Made by a program: the position numbers and the translations under genes. Positions 20,985-33,178 of a stretch of 64,000 bases of DNA are shown piece by piece. The DNA comes from Dehalococcoidia bacterium UBA5620 (GTDB lineage Bacteria; Chloroflexota; Dehalococcoidia; GIF9; UBA5629): assembly GCA_002423605.1 (NCBI GenBank), contig DIKK01000028.1:177097-241096 (forward strand), given 5' to 3'. A model generated the notes under the pieces. It worked only from the letters and a program-made list of their open reading frames with translations, was not told the DNA's origin and ran no database searches. Numbering within the stretch: position 1 is the first letter of the stretch; the number at the start of each line of letters is the position of its first letter.

Positions 20985-23252
20985 ATGAAACAAGGTACAA
21001 AAATTATCGCCTGGTTTAATGAAGTTACAAAGGAGGACATTGCTTTAGCAGGTGGTAAAGGCGCAAACTTGGGAGAAATGGTCCATGCAGGCATCAGCGT
21101 GCCCGAAGGTTTTATTGTTACTTCAGAAGCCTATTTTAGATTTATAGAAGCCGCAAAAATCGCCCACGAGATCCAGCATTATCTCAATAAGCTAGATGTA
21201 AACAACAGCCAAAACCTCCAAGAAACCTCCAACCTGATAAAGGGCAAAATCCTCAACTCTCCTATGCCAGCAGACATGGCAAGCCAGATACAGGCAGCCT
21301 ATCGTAAGCTGGGCGAGGGGCTCGTGGCGGTGCGCTCCTCAGCCACTGCTGAAGATCTGCCTGATGCATCCTTTGCGGGGCAGCAGCGCACCTTCCTCAA
21401 TGTTAAAGGCAAAGAAAATGTAGTTACAGCCGTACAGAGATGCTGGGCTTCGCTCTTTGAACCCAGAGCCATCTTTTACAGACATCAATACGGCTTCGAC
21501 CATTTGAAGGTAGGCATCGCAGTGCCAGTGCAAAAGATGGTGCAGTCAGAAGCTTCTGGAGTTATGTTCACGGTAGAACCTTTGAGTGGTGACAGGAGCA
21601 AAATATTCATTGAAGCGATTTACGGGCTGGGCGAACCTATGGTAGCCGGAGAGATTACGCCCGACCAGTACACATTAGAAAAGGATACCGTCAAAATTGT
21701 CGACAAGGTAATAAGTGCCCAGGAATGGCAATTAACCAGAGACTCAGCAGGGGCAACAGGAGAGCTAGAAGCAAACATTAAGTCTACCATTCCAGCATCA
21801 AAGCAATCTGCGCAGAAACTAACGGATGAAGACATCGTTGCCTTGGCGCAAATTGGCAAAACAATCGAGGAGTTTTACCAATCACCCCAGGATATTGAGT
21901 GGGCAAAGCAGAACAAAAAACTATTTGTCGTGCAATCACGGCCGGTGACGACTCTAAAAGAGAAGAAAATTAGCAACGACGCCCTCCCCACCATCACTGC
22001 TGATGCGATTTTGAGCGGTATAGCAGCCAGCCCCGGAATAGGCGTGGGCAACGTCAGAATTGTATCTGATGCCTCCCAAATCGATAAGGTAAAAGATGGC
22101 GATGTTCTAGTTGCAGAGATGACCACCCCGGACTGGGCACCAGCAATGAAGCGAGCAATAGCTATCGTTACAAACCGCGGTGGGCGAGCTGCTCACGCAG
22201 CCATTGTCAGCCGTGAACTGGGAATCCCCTGCGTCGTCGCCACGGAAATAGCCACCAAGACCTTGTACGATGGTCAGGAAATCACAGTAGATGGCTACAG
22301 AGGACACATCTATGCCGGTAGAGTAGCCAAGGAGACCAAAGCCGCGGCCACGGTCATGAGCGGAGAACACATCAAGACCAAGACCAAGCTATATGTCAAT
22401 TTAGCCAACCCTGACATGGCAACAGATGTGGCAGCACAAAATGTGGACGGTGTCGGTTTACTCAGGGCAGAATTCATGATTACAGAAACCATTAAAACTC
22501 ACCCCCGGTATATGTTGCATGAAGGAAAAGCCGAACAATTCGTTGCAGGGTTAACACGAGGCATCAATACCTTTGCCAAGGCATTTCACCCCCGACCTGT
22601 GGTTTATCGTACCACTGACTTTAAGACCAATGAATACAGGAACCTGCACGGTGGTGATAGATACGAGGAAACAGAAGACAACCCGATGCTAGGTTACCGT
22701 GGCTGCTCTAGATACACACGGGAAACCGAAGTACTGAGGCTGGAAGTAGAGGCCATCAAGAACGTGTGCCAGCATTACGACAACCTGTACGTCATGATTC
22801 CCTTTGTCCGTTTCGTGGACGAGATGGCTAAGATTAAGAGATTCCTGATGGCAGAAGGCTTATACCAATTCCCCAACTTCAAACTGTGGATGATGGTCGA
22901 GGTACCATCTAATGTCTTGCTCATCGACAAATTTATAGACAGCGGCATTGACGGTGTATCCATTGGCTCTAATGACCTGACACAGCTCATACTGGGTATC
23001 GACAGGGATAATCCCAAGCTAGCAGCACAATTCGATGAAAGAGACGAAGCAGTACTGCAGGCTATAGAGAAAGTAATCAAAGTCTCTAAAAGCAAGGGCA
23101 TTACCTGCTCAATCTGCGGACAAGCACCTTCAACATACCCAGAGTTTACCGAGCAACTGGTCAGATGGGGAATCACATCAGTCTCGGTGACACCTGATAT
23201 GATCGACCACACAAGGCGGATTATCGCTGCTGCTGAAGCAAAACTTGGCTAA
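20985..23252 (+). CDS. ppsA: Phosphoenolpyruvate synthase
   Basis: GGKGANLGE, VRSSATAED, SFAGQQ, GGRAAHAAIVSRELG, NPMLGYRG. Confidence 0.96.
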   Translation: MKQGTKIIAWFNEVTKEDIALAGGKGANLGEMVHAGISVPEGFIVTSEAYFRFIEAAKIAHEIQHYLNKLDVNNSQNLQETSNLIKGKILNSPMPADMASQIQAAYRKLGEGLVAVRSSATAEDLPDASFAGQQRTFLNVKGKENVVTAVQRCWASLFEPRAIFYRHQYGFDHLKVGIAVPVQKMVQSEASGVMFTVEPLSGDRSKIFIEAIYGLGEPMVAGEITPDQYTLEKDTVKIVDKVISAQEWQLTRDSAGATGELEANIKSTIPASKQSAQKLTDEDIVALAQIGKTIEEFYQSPQDIEWAKQNKKLFVVQSRPVTTLKEKKISNDALPTITADAILSGIAASPGIGVGNVRIVSDASQIDKVKDGDVLVAEMTTPDWAPAMKRAIAIVTNRGGRAAHAAIVSRELGIPCVVATEIATKTLYDGQEITVDGYRGHIYAGRVAKETKAAATVMSGEHIKTKTKLYVNLANPDMATDVAAQNVDGVGLLRAEFMITETIKTHPRYMLHEGKAEQFVAGLTRGINTFAKAFHPRPVVYRTTDFKTNEYRNLHGGDRYEETEDNPMLGYRGCSRYTRETEVLRLEVEAIKNVCQHYDNLYVMIPFVRFVDEMAKIKRFLMAEGLYQFPNFKLWMMVEVPSNVLLIDKFIDSGIDGVSIGSNDLTQLILGIDRDNPKLAAQFDERDEAVLQAIEKVIKVSKSKGITCSICGQAPSTYPEFTEQLVRWGITSVSVTPDMIDHTRRIIAAAEAKLG

Positions 23253-23300
23253 ACACGGGATTTGCGTTAGACTAGTAAGAACACAAGAGCTTAAATATAA

Positions 23301-24335
23301 ATGGTTTATCTTGGTGTTCGGCAACGGACAGAAGAGGCTGAAGGGCACCTCTCCTTTTACGCATCAAGAAGCAAGCTGAGCCGAGGCAGACTCAAATGGG
23401 AGGAGCTGTGCCCCATACGTACAGCCTTTCAACGTGATCGCGATCGTATAATTTACTCTAACGCCTTTCGCCGTCTAAAACATAAAACTCAGGTTTTTAT
23501 CGCACCGTTGGAAGATCACTATGTTACACGCCTTACACACACTCTGGAGGTTGCCCAAATCGCACGTACTATAGCCAGAGCGTTAAATCTGAATGAGGAC
23601 CTGGCTGAAGCTATTGCTGTGGGACATGACCTGGGGCATACTCCTTTTGGGCATGTCGGCGAAAAAGTTCTCAACGAACTATGTACGGGCGGATTCAGAC
23701 ACAATGAGCAGAGCTTAAGGGTAGTCGACTTGCTGGAAAAAGACGGGAAGGGATTAAACCTTACATGGGAAGTAAGGGACGGTATCTTGAACCACTCTAA
23801 AAGCGGGATAGATATACTCGGTGAAGGATGGACAACCGTGAGCAGCATCGAAGGCCAAGTGGTCAAAATATCTGACATCATTGCCTATGTTAATCATGAT
23901 ATCTCCGATGCCCTACGAGCCGGCATCATGACTGAAGATGATTTGCCACATTCAGCAGTGGGAGTTCTTGGTCACTCCTCTTCAGCCAGAATCAACACCC
24001 TAGTCTCTGACATCGTAGGTTACTCATCAATGGCTTTAAGTACCCCCAACCAAGAAAACCCTGAGATAGAGATGAGTCATCAGGTTCTGGAGGCAACTAA
24101 TACCCTCCGCGAGTTCCTCTTTGATAGAGTCTATGCTACGAGTCTTCTCACTAAGGAGACAGAAAACGCACAAAAGGCAATATGCCTGCTATATGCGTAC
24201 TTTTTGAAACATGAAGAAAGGTTACCCGGAGAATATGCCTCTCGCGAAGACAGCATAGAACGTAAGGTCACCGATTACGTTGCCGGCATGACAGACCAGT
24301 ACGCGTTGCACATGGTTAAGCAGATTTCATGCTGA
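23301..24335 (+). CDS. dgt: Deoxyguanosinetriphosphate triphosphohydrolase-like HD protein
   Basis: RTAFQRDRDRI, RLKHKTQVF, RLTHTLEV, HDLGHTPFGH. Confidence 0.95.
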   Translation: MVYLGVRQRTEEAEGHLSFYASRSKLSRGRLKWEELCPIRTAFQRDRDRIIYSNAFRRLKHKTQVFIAPLEDHYVTRLTHTLEVAQIARTIARALNLNEDLAEAIAVGHDLGHTPFGHVGEKVLNELCTGGFRHNEQSLRVVDLLEKDGKGLNLTWEVRDGILNHSKSGIDILGEGWTTVSSIEGQVVKISDIIAYVNHDISDALRAGIMTEDDLPHSAVGVLGHSSSARINTLVSDIVGYSSMALSTPNQENPEIEMSHQVLEATNTLREFLFDRVYATSLLTKETENAQKAICLLYAYFLKHEERLPGEYASREDSIERKVTDYVAGMTDQYALHMVKQISC

Positions 24336-24365
24336 AACATATCCTTTAAATTTGAGTGATTTTCT

Positions 24366-26231
24366 ATGAGCTCGATTGACGAAGTAAAACAAAGGCTGGA
24401 TATCGTTCAGGTAGTCTCTGAATATGTAAGCCTGCGCAAATCAGGGCGTAACTTTAAGGCATTGTGCCCATTCCACAATGAAAAAAGCCCGTCGTTCTTC
24501 ATATTCCCTGAACGGCAAAGCTGGCACTGCTTCGGAGCATGCGGAACAGGCGGAGACATCATCACGTTTGTAATGAAAAAGGAAGGACTCGATTTCGGGC
24601 AAGCGCTTCGTGTGTTAGCCGCCAAAGCTGGGGTCACGCTGGTCACCCAATCCATCTCCAATAAGAAAATAGACAATACCGCCAAGGAAAGATTATTCGC
24701 TATAAATGAAGCTGCTGCTGAGTATTACCATCACCTGCTGCTCAACGCGGCATCGGCCAAGCGCGCCAGGGACTACGCCACCCAACGAGGTCTATCGCCA
24801 CAGACAATCAAAGACTTCCAGCTAGGCTACAGCCCGGAAGGATGGGAAGCCTTGCGCCAATACTTGATGGAGAAAGGGTATGAAGAGGATGAACTGATAG
24901 CGGGCGGACTGCTGGTGAAGCGGGAAGACAAGGGCAGTTACGATAGGTTTCGCGACAGATTAATGTTTCCTATAAGGGATATACAAAGCCGCGTTATTGG
25001 ATTCGGAGCCAGAGCACTAGATGATTCACTACCCAAATACCTAAACTCCCCTCAGACATTAGTCTTCGATAAAAGCAGCACTCTCTATGGCATCGACCGA
25101 GCCAAGACAGCCATCCGCCAGAAAGACCAGGCAATTATAGTCGAAGGCTACGTGGACGTTATTATGGTTCACCAATACGGCTGGCAAAATGTAATCGCAT
25201 TCATGGGAACAGCTCTCACAGAAAAACAACTGTCCGCCGTACAAAAACTAACCAACAACGTTATTTTAGCACTTGATGCTGATGAAGCAGGCAAAGAAGC
25301 CATTTTCAGGAGTGGTGAAACAGTAGATAGGGTATTGCCCGTGTCAAAAAGCGAATCAAGCGAAAAATATGATGTTTCCAAAGCTGCTGAAGCTAAGATT
25401 CTCGTTCTGCCACAAGGCAAAGACCCTGATGAGGTAATCAAAGAGGATATATCGCAGTGGGCAACGTTGGTGAGAGATGCAAAACCTATGGTGGATTTCA
25501 TCTTTGAAAATGAAGTTGCCAAAGTTGATGCAGATAAAGTCGCAGACAAAGTATTAGTTTTAGAAAAGCTTCTGCCACTACTTTACCAAATTAAAGACCC
25601 AATACGACAATTACACTATATAGAGAAACTAGCCAGACTTTTACGCACTGACGAGCAATCAGTAGGATACGCGCTACGGAAATTCAAGCTTGCCCAGCAA
25701 AAGAGATGGCTGAGGCCTAACTTAAAGGGTCTTACCCCAGCAACCCTTGTAGCGCAAAAATCCAATCCAATCGAAGAATATTGTCTTGCCTTATTACTTC
25801 AATATCAGGATCTCAAACCAGATAGCGAGAAGTTGATGCCTGATTATTTTGAGGATTGCGGAAATCGAGAACTGTTTCTGAAATGGCAACACAATGATAC
25901 GCTCGATTTCCTTAAGGATCACCTCGATGTGACCCTTCACGAATATGTAGATACCTTACTGGCCAAGGATTTCCCACCACCCGTTAAGGATAGCGAAACT
26001 GCCAGACAAAAAACCCTTAACGATTGCATCCTGCGCTTGCAAGAAAAGTGGCTCAAGAACATGGAAGCTAAAAAGGAACAACTCTTGCTCACAGAAGCTG
26101 AGAGCGGCGGCACAGCAGCCCAATTGGCTAAATTAAAAGAACAAGGCATCGAAGAAAGCAAGCAACTTAAAGAAGTCTTTATCAAACAAAGGCATAAACA
26201 TAAGTCGTTAGCTGGTAGCAAGGAGGAATAA
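24366..26231 (+). CDS. dnaG: DNA primase
   Basis: CPFHNEKSPSF..CFGAC zinc finger, KYLNSPQT, EGYVDV, ALDADEAG. Confidence 0.97.
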   Translation: MSSIDEVKQRLDIVQVVSEYVSLRKSGRNFKALCPFHNEKSPSFFIFPERQSWHCFGACGTGGDIITFVMKKEGLDFGQALRVLAAKAGVTLVTQSISNKKIDNTAKERLFAINEAAAEYYHHLLLNAASAKRARDYATQRGLSPQTIKDFQLGYSPEGWEALRQYLMEKGYEEDELIAGGLLVKREDKGSYDRFRDRLMFPIRDIQSRVIGFGARALDDSLPKYLNSPQTLVFDKSSTLYGIDRAKTAIRQKDQAIIVEGYVDVIMVHQYGWQNVIAFMGTALTEKQLSAVQKLTNNVILALDADEAGKEAIFRSGETVDRVLPVSKSESSEKYDVSKAAEAKILVLPQGKDPDEVIKEDISQWATLVRDAKPMVDFIFENEVAKVDADKVADKVLVLEKLLPLLYQIKDPIRQLHYIEKLARLLRTDEQSVGYALRKFKLAQQKRWLRPNLKGLTPATLVAQKSNPIEEYCLALLLQYQDLKPDSEKLMPDYFEDCGNRELFLKWQHNDTLDFLKDHLDVTLHEYVDTLLAKDFPPPVKDSETARQKTLNDCILRLQEKWLKNMEAKKEQLLLTEAESGGTAAQLAKLKEQGIEESKQLKEVFIKQRHKHKSLAGSKEE

Positions 26232-26234
26232 TCA

Positions 26235-27806
26235 GTGAGTGTACTGCAAGACGGCGAGTTAACAGTGACGTCTATAGAAAAAGATAAGCATGAACCAGAA
26301 GTTGGGGAAATCCACGAAATCGAACCGGAACTCAAGTCGCTGGGCCTGCCTGATGCAGCATGGGGAAATTACGAGCGTGAAGAGGATACCGAAGAAGACA
26401 TGCCAAAAATCGCTTCTCCCTGGGACAATGAGGAGCCTATTGAACTCGGAGAAGAATGGCTGGACAAACCGGAGGCAAAGGCAGCGCTAGGAATCGATCT
26501 GGAGGCCGGTGAACATGAAGCCATAGATGACCCGGTACGGATGTATCTGCACGAGATCGGCAAGGTCTCCCTTCTCACTGCCCGTGACGAAAGGGCTCTA
26601 GCCCGAAGTATAGAAGAGGCCAAATACTTGGAGAAGATCGAGGATGAATATTTCCATCAGTATAATATTTATCCCTCGCCAGCACGAATATCTCTATATC
26701 TTCTTCGTCATATACTAGCGGCTAAGCCGATAATTGATGCCATCGCAGATAAGCTTGGGTTTACATCTACAAACAGCTTTGCCAACAGAATTCGTGACCC
26801 CAAGCTACGAGATGTTATCGACGGCGTCATGAACCAAGACTTGATCAATGCAGTATCTAAAGCTACAGGGAAAAGCATCCCAGAGGTAGAACAAGGCATC
26901 ATAGGCCTTTCTATCCGCAGTGGATTATTGCCGCCAGAGCTGCTTACGATACTGGGAGAGAAAAAAACGTGGCATCAGACAGAATCCCTGATAACCGAGC
27001 CTGTAAATACCGCCTTCCTTGACCAGCTTCAAGCCATAAGCCAGCAAATTAAATCGCACCTCAGTAAGATTAAAAGAGCAGCTAAAAAATCAGAAAAACA
27101 TCTTACCGAAGCAAACCTGCGTCTGGTGGTCAGCGTAGCCAAAAAATATGTGGGGCATGGTATGCCATTGCTCGACCTGATTCAAGAAGGCAACATCGGT
27201 CTGGTGCGAGCTGTGGAAAAATTTGAGTACAGGAAGGGGTTCAAGTTCAGCACCTATGCTACATGGTGGATCAGACAAGCTATCACCCGGGCAATTGCTG
27301 ATCAGGCTCGAACTATCCGTATCCCGGTGCACATGGTAGAAACTATCAACAGACTGCTCAAAGTCAACCGCCGCCTAGCACAGGAGTTTGGTCGTGAACC
27401 AAGCTATGAAGAAATCGGTAAAGGCATGGAAATCACATCGGAAAAGGTAAGAGAGATCATGAAGTTATCACAAATGCCGATATCACTGGAGATGCCCATC
27501 GGCGAAGAAGAGGATAGCCATCTTGGTGATTTCATAGAAGACCGTGCTACCCTGCCACCAGCTGATGCCGCTTCCAGAGAATTGCTCAAGGCCCAGCTAA
27601 ATAAGGTCCTCTCCGAATTAACAGATAGGGAGAGAAGGGTTATAATGTTGAGATTCGGCCTGGAGGATGGACGAGCCAGAACATTGGAAGAGGTAGGCAA
27701 GGAATTCAATGTAACCCGAGAGCGCATACGACAGATTGAAGCTAAAGCTTTGCGTAAGCTACGTCACCCCAGCCGGAGTAGAAAGCTCAAAGATTATTTA
27801 GAGTAA
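26235..27806 (+). CDS. rpoD: Primary sigma factor RpoD
   Basis: [49 protein letters not shown]. Confidence 0.97.
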   Translation: MSVLQDGELTVTSIEKDKHEPEVGEIHEIEPELKSLGLPDAAWGNYEREEDTEEDMPKIASPWDNEEPIELGEEWLDKPEAKAALGIDLEAGEHEAIDDPVRMYLHEIGKVSLLTARDERALARSIEEAKYLEKIEDEYFHQYNIYPSPARISLYLLRHILAAKPIIDAIADKLGFTSTNSFANRIRDPKLRDVIDGVMNQDLINAVSKATGKSIPEVEQGIIGLSIRSGLLPPELLTILGEKKTWHQTESLITEPVNTAFLDQLQAISQQIKSHLSKIKRAAKKSEKHLTEANLRLVVSVAKKYVGHGMPLLDLIQEGNIGLVRAVEKFEYRKGFKFSTYATWWIRQAITRAIADQARTIRIPVHMVETINRLLKVNRRLAQEFGREPSYEEIGKGMEITSEKVREIMKLSQMPISLEMPIGEEEDSHLGDFIEDRATLPPADAASRELLKAQLNKVLSELTDRERRVIMLRFGLEDGRARTLEEVGKEFNVTRERIRQIEAKALRKLRHPSRSRKLKDYLE

Positions 27807-27845
27807 ACCCATCCAGGATCGTAGCACAAGGAGAAAAGTATTCAA

Positions 27846-28454
27846 ATGAAATACATCAGAGGATTCGTCATGACAGTCGGTGTCATTGGGATTTTTGCCA
27901 TCGCAGCCTTATTTCTAGGTTATTTCCTCTATTCCCTCACACCACCGATTCAAGAGAAAATGACGCCTGTTGCTATAAGTGCTGATGCGGCAAAAAGCTT
28001 CGATAAAAAAGTTGACACCCTGCAAAAAGAGATCAAAGAGGCATCTGATTCCAGGCAAGAAAAAGAGGTGGCCATAACAATTACAGAAAGTGAAGTCAAC
28101 TCAAAGTTGACTGAACTATTGGCTGAAGCAGCATTGCCCATGGGCATTACCAAAATTTCCATCAACTTCCGCGAAAACCAATTCTTGCTTTTTGCTGTGG
28201 CAGATGTCCCTGGAATAGCGGCCAAAATAGGAGTAGCAGGCAATATCAAGGTCGCAAATAGCAATCCACAAGCGACCATTCAAGAGCTGAATATAGGTAA
28301 GTTGCCTCTGTCGCAATCAACATATAGAAGGGCCGAAGGTTTACTTGATTTGGCGCTCAGGGTTTATCTAACCGACCTACCGATAAAAATCAGCCGCATT
28401 GATTTCGGAAAGCGCGAAATAGTCGTCTCTGCCATCACTGTGCCGGCTAAATAA
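27846..28454 (+). CDS. Membrane-anchored hypothetical protein
   Basis: N-terminal TM helix, then a helix/beta-rich domain loosely resembling LmeA/DUF2993-type proteins. Confidence 0.7.
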   Translation: MKYIRGFVMTVGVIGIFAIAALFLGYFLYSLTPPIQEKMTPVAISADAAKSFDKKVDTLQKEIKEASDSRQEKEVAITITESEVNSKLTELLAEAALPMGITKISINFRENQFLLFAVADVPGIAAKIGVAGNIKVANSNPQATIQELNIGKLPLSQSTYRRAEGLLDLALRVYLTDLPIKISRIDFGKREIVVSAITVPAK

Positions 28455-28457
28455 TCT

Positions 28458-29789
28458 CTATTTTCTCCTAAACATACCCACCATGTTTTCGGGCAGACTG
28501 CTTTTTGCCGCCATTTTGGTCAGCTTCTGTACTTGGTGAAACTGGTTAAGCAACTGATTGACATCCATTGTGGTGGTTCCACTGCCCTGAGCGATACGCC
28601 GTCGCCGGCTGCCATTGATGACACCCGGATTGCTCCGCTCTTCCGGAGTCATGGACAAAATAATAGCCTCAATTTTTTTCATCCGGTCCTCACCACCGTC
28701 AGCAACGTTGGGAGCAAGTTTGGAAAAACCGGGCAACATCTCTACCAATTGCGCCAAGTTGCCCATTTTCTTGACCTGGCGCAATTGTCCCAGAAGTTCC
28801 TCAAGCCCAAATTGTGAGGCACGCAGCTTTTTCTCAAGCTGTTTTGCCTGCTCCATATCAAACATCTTCTCTGCCTTCTCAATTAGCGTCAGCATGTCAC
28901 CCATGCCTAAAATACGTGATGCCAACCGGTCGGGGTAAAATATCTCTAGCGCATTCGCTTTTTCGCCAGTGCCCACAAACTTCACAGGAACACCAGTGAC
29001 AAACCTGATAGAAAGGGCAGCCCCTCCACGGGCATCACCATCCATCTTGGTCAAAATGAGCCCTGTCAAATCAATACTTTTATCAAATTGTTCAGCTACG
29101 TTTACAGCGTCCTGACCGGTCATGGCATCCACTACTAGGATTACTTCCGATGGTTTAATCTCGCTCCTCAGTTGAGCTAGTTCTCCCATAAGTTCAGTAT
29201 CAACGTGCAACCGACCTTGAGTATCAACAATCACCCAAGTAGCGGCAATTTCGTCAGCTTTTTTCAGCGCATTTCTACAAATCGTTAGCGGCGATGCCTT
29301 ATCGCCCTCCTGATAAACGGGGATATCAAGCTGTTTGCCCAGAACAACTAGTTGATCAATAGCGGCCGGCCTCCTGATATCAGCAGCCACCAGCAAAGGA
29401 CGTTGTCCGGCATACTTTAGGTGCATAGCCAACTTAGCCGCAGTGGTGGTCTTTCCTGAACCTTGTAAGCCGACGAGCATGATAATCGAAGGCGGCCGGT
29501 TAGCTTCTTTTAGCTGACTGAGGGACCCACCCAAGATGGCTATAAGCTCTTCATTTACAATCTTTATCATCTGCTGGGCCGGAGCCAGGCTTTCTAAAAC
29601 TTTAGCAGTTATAGCCTTTTCCCTCACAGCAGCTAGAAACGACTTCACCACCTTGAAATTGACATCGGCTTCTAACAGAGCTAAACGTATCTGCCGCAGA
29701 ACTTCGTCGATATCTTTTTCACTTAGCCTGCCTTTATTTCCCAGACCATTGAATATCTTGCTTAATTTTCGAGTTAAACTTTCAAACAT
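28458..29789 (-). CDS. ffh: Signal recognition particle protein
   Basis: GLQGSGKTTT, DTQGR, TKMDGDARGG, Met-rich M domain. Confidence 0.97.
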   Translation of the reverse strand: MFESLTRKLSKIFNGLGNKGRLSEKDIDEVLRQIRLALLEADVNFKVVKSFLAAVREKAITAKVLESLAPAQQMIKIVNEELIAILGGSLSQLKEANRPPSIIMLVGLQGSGKTTTAAKLAMHLKYAGQRPLLVAADIRRPAAIDQLVVLGKQLDIPVYQEGDKASPLTICRNALKKADEIAATWVIVDTQGRLHVDTELMGELAQLRSEIKPSEVILVVDAMTGQDAVNVAEQFDKSIDLTGLILTKMDGDARGGAALSIRFVTGVPVKFVGTGEKANALEIFYPDRLASRILGMGDMLTLIEKAEKMFDMEQAKQLEKKLRASQFGLEELLGQLRQVKKMGNLAQLVEMLPGFSKLAPNVADGGEDRMKKIEAIILSMTPEERSNPGVINGSRRRRIAQGSGTTTMDVNQLLNQFHQVQKLTKMAAKSSLPENMVGMFRRK

Positions 29790-30241
29790 CGCTCACCCCA
29801 GAAATAGTATTCTACTCAGGACTACCGCTGCAGTCAATCATGATAGAATGAAGATAAGGCGAAATGGCACTTAAAGCAAACTATAATTTTGCAAATTTCT
29901 AACCATGTTTGAAACATCCCCATTAGGTGGCCCCCACAATTTAGACAGATTATTAAAAGAGGATCCTGCTTCTTGGATTTGCTATAGAGCCGGATGACAA
30001 GGGCTTAAGACTCGCCATCTACTCTCCATTTGATGTCTTGGGCTACAAACATCTATTGGATTTCATAAAGGTGAAAGTTGCCTTCGGCGTCCTGACAAAA
30101 CAAAAAGTCGGCTAGGATAAATTGGACAGGCTATGATCAACCTGACAAAACAGCTTATAGGTGAAACCGCCAAATAGCATCATCCCCTCAAAGCAGAGAT
30201 TTAGGCTTCACTACTTTTCCCATGTTACAATTATAGCAACC

Positions 30242-33103
30242 ATGTCATCTGATATCATCATAAGAGGTGCTCGAGAGCATAACCTCAAGAATATAGACGT
30301 TGTTGTCCCCAGAGACAAGCTGGTAGCCATCACAGGAGTATCCGGTTCCGGCAAAAGCTCCTTAGCTTTTGACACTATATATGCTGAAGGCCAACGCCGC
30401 TATGTCGAATCTCTCTCAGCCTACGCCCGCCAATTTCTAGGACGGATGGAAAAGCCAGACGTCGACTATATAGAAGGACTGAGCCCGGCTATATCCATTG
30501 ACCAAAAAGGTCCATCTCGTAACCCACGTTCCACAGTAGGCACTATAACCGAGATTTATGACTACCTACGCCTTCTCTTCGCCCGAGTGGGTCACCCCCA
30601 TTGTCCCAATTGTGGACGTGAGATTTCTTGTCAAACTGTACAGCAAATCACAGATTCAGTACAGGCCATAGCTGAGGGAAGCCGCATACTCATCATGGCA
30701 CCAATAGTAAAAGGACGAAAGGGAGAACATCTGACTATATTTGACGACCTGCGAAAGGCAGGGTTTGTACGTGCTCGAGTCGACGGCCGAATTCATGATT
30801 TATCTGAAGAACTCACACTGGATAAAAGCAAAAAACACTCTATTGAGGCAGTGGTTGATCGTCTGCAGACAGGAGCGGCAGATAATAGCCGAGTTGCTGA
30901 CTCTGTGGAAACCGCTTTAAAGCTCGGAGGAGGAGTTGTGCTCGTCTCAGTGATTTGTGGAGAAGAGCTGCTGTTCTCTGAGCATTTCGCTTGTGTCCAC
31001 TGTGGCATAAGCCTGGGTGAAATTGCACCCAGAACTTTTAGCTTTAATAGCCCATATGGAGCCTGCTCAGTATGCAACGGACTCGGTGTGAAACTAGAAA
31101 TAGACCCTGATTTGCTCATACCCAACAAGACTATCAGTCTGGCTGAAGGTGCCATCCGAGCCTGGGGCTGGAGTGCCTGGCATGCTAGCGAACTCCAGGA
31201 TTTAGCGCAACGCTACGGTTTTTCCCTTAGCACACCAGTGGAAAAACTCCTCAAAGAACATCTGGACATAGTCCTCTACGGCGAAGGAGGAGAACTTATA
31301 AAATATCAAAATCGTTACGGCCGAAGTAGAGAATATTTTTCAGGATATGAGGGAGTAGTCCCCTACCTAGAACGCCACTATCGAGAAACCGAATCCAGTA
31401 ATAGCAGGGCCGAGATCGAACGGTACATGATGTCCTCGCCCTGCCCAGCTTGTGATGGGAAACGGCTAAAACCCGAATCACTAGCAGTTAAAATCGATAA
31501 ACAGAACATCGTAGAGATAACCAAACATTCTGCGTCCGAAACACTGGACTGGACCCAATCACTCAATGGCAGCTACGGCAACAATCCGATCCTGACATCC
31601 TACGAGTTTAAAATTGCACATCAAATAATTAAGGAGATCAGTACACGCCTGACCTTCCTCAGCGACATCGGGTTAGGTTATCTAACGCTTGATAGACCGT
31701 CAGCAACTCTAAGCGGTGGAGAAGCCCAGAGGATTCGGCTGGCTACGCAAATAGGCAGCGGGCTTATGGGCGTACTCTATGTCTGTGATGAACCCACCAT
31801 CGGCTTGCATCCTGCCGATATTTCGCGCCTAATAAAAACGATTAAACAGCTACGCGACCTAGGTAATACGATTATCATCGTAGAACATGACGAGGTTATG
31901 ATGCGAGCTGCTGACTATATCATAGACATGGGACCAGGGGCAGGTGAACACGGTGGGCAGATAGTAGCTACCGGGACATTGTCAGAGATAGTATCTTGCC
32001 CTCAATCTATAACTGGTCGATACCTTAGCGGCAATACACAAATATCCCTGCCAACAAAACGTCGCTCCGGATCAGGCAGGCAGTTAGTCATAAAAGGTGC
32101 ACGTGAGAATAACCTTAAAAACATCGATGTGCCTATACCGCTAGGCAAGTTCGTCTGTATAACCGGCGTCTCTGGTAGCGGCAAGAGCACGTTAGTCAAT
32201 GATGTGCTCTATAAGAGATTGGCTCATCTTTTTTACCAGACTAAGGATAGGCCAGGAAAATGCGACGGCATCATAGGAACCGAGCATATTGATAAAGTTA
32301 TCAACATTGATCAATCACCTATCGGGCGTACCCCACGCAGCAATCCTGCCACATACACCGGTACCTTTACGCCCATCCGTGAACTATTCGCTACGGCTCC
32401 TGAATCCCGTGTTAGAGGCTACCAGCCCGGAAGATTTTCGTTTAACGTAAAAGGTGGACGCTGTGAAGCCTGCCAAGGTGAAGGTTACGTGCAGATAGAG
32501 ATGCAGTTCCTCCCCGATGTTACTGTACCCTGCGAGGTATGTAAAGGTAAACGCTACAACCGTGAGGCATTGGAAATACATTTCAAAGGCAAGAATATCG
32601 CGGATGTACTCGATATGACTGTGGAAAAAGCCTTAGATTTCTTTGAGCATTTCCCAAAGATTAGACATAAGCTGGAAACGCTACAAGACGTAGGACTGGG
32701 ATATATAAGGCTAGGGCAACCAGCACCGACACTTTCCGGTGGTGAAGCCCAGCGAGTAAAACTTGCTACTGAACTGTCACGCCGCTCTACAGGCAAGACT
32801 CTCTATATTCTAGACGAGCCCACCACGGGACTATCTTTTGCTGATATAGACTGCTTGCTTAAGGTGCTCCAACGGTTGGTAAATACTGGAAACACAGCAG
32901 TCATAATTGAGCACCATATGGATGTCATCAAGAACGCCGACCATATCATAGACCTGGGGCCGGGCGCCGGCGACGAGGGTGGCTACATCATAGCCACAGG
33001 CACACCAGAGGAAATAGCAAAAATGGATGATATATCTTCAACTGGCACATACCTCCATGCCATATTGCAAAAGCAACAGGAAGAATATCCCCTAGCAACA
33101 TAG
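30242..33103 (+). CDS. uvrA: Excinuclease ABC subunit A
   Basis: GAREHNLKN, two GVSGSGKS Walker A motifs, LSGGEAQR x2, zinc fingers; start set at ATG 30242. Confidence 0.97.
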   Translation: MSSDIIIRGAREHNLKNIDVVVPRDKLVAITGVSGSGKSSLAFDTIYAEGQRRYVESLSAYARQFLGRMEKPDVDYIEGLSPAISIDQKGPSRNPRSTVGTITEIYDYLRLLFARVGHPHCPNCGREISCQTVQQITDSVQAIAEGSRILIMAPIVKGRKGEHLTIFDDLRKAGFVRARVDGRIHDLSEELTLDKSKKHSIEAVVDRLQTGAADNSRVADSVETALKLGGGVVLVSVICGEELLFSEHFACVHCGISLGEIAPRTFSFNSPYGACSVCNGLGVKLEIDPDLLIPNKTISLAEGAIRAWGWSAWHASELQDLAQRYGFSLSTPVEKLLKEHLDIVLYGEGGELIKYQNRYGRSREYFSGYEGVVPYLERHYRETESSNSRAEIERYMMSSPCPACDGKRLKPESLAVKIDKQNIVEITKHSASETLDWTQSLNGSYGNNPILTSYEFKIAHQIIKEISTRLTFLSDIGLGYLTLDRPSATLSGGEAQRIRLATQIGSGLMGVLYVCDEPTIGLHPADISRLIKTIKQLRDLGNTIIIVEHDEVMMRAADYIIDMGPGAGEHGGQIVATGTLSEIVSCPQSITGRYLSGNTQISLPTKRRSGSGRQLVIKGARENNLKNIDVPIPLGKFVCITGVSGSGKSTLVNDVLYKRLAHLFYQTKDRPGKCDGIIGTEHIDKVINIDQSPIGRTPRSNPATYTGTFTPIRELFATAPESRVRGYQPGRFSFNVKGGRCEACQGEGYVQIEMQFLPDVTVPCEVCKGKRYNREALEIHFKGKNIADVLDMTVEKALDFFEHFPKIRHKLETLQDVGLGYIRLGQPAPTLSGGEAQRVKLATELSRRSTGKTLYILDEPTTGLSFADIDCLLKVLQRLVNTGNTAVIIEHHMDVIKNADHIIDLGPGAGDEGGYIIATGTPEEIAKMDDISSTGTYLHAILQKQQEEYPLAT

Positions 33104-33178
33104 CACGCTCCTGATAAATGAAGCTTCGCTGCAAATTCAGCAGACTCTACAGCGACTAACCAACATGCTTGATTATCA

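Noticed and set aside
26235-27806. Large non-conserved insertion in RpoD
   Set aside because: Lineage-specific inserts between regions 1.2 and 2.1 are common in primary sigma factors.
29790-30241. Possible SRP RNA next to ffh, or a LexA box upstream of uvrA
   Set aside because: No SRP helix-8 motif and no GAAC-N4-GTTC box seen. Only a weak GTTAC-N7-GCAAC imperfect repeat at 30224-30240, too little to call.
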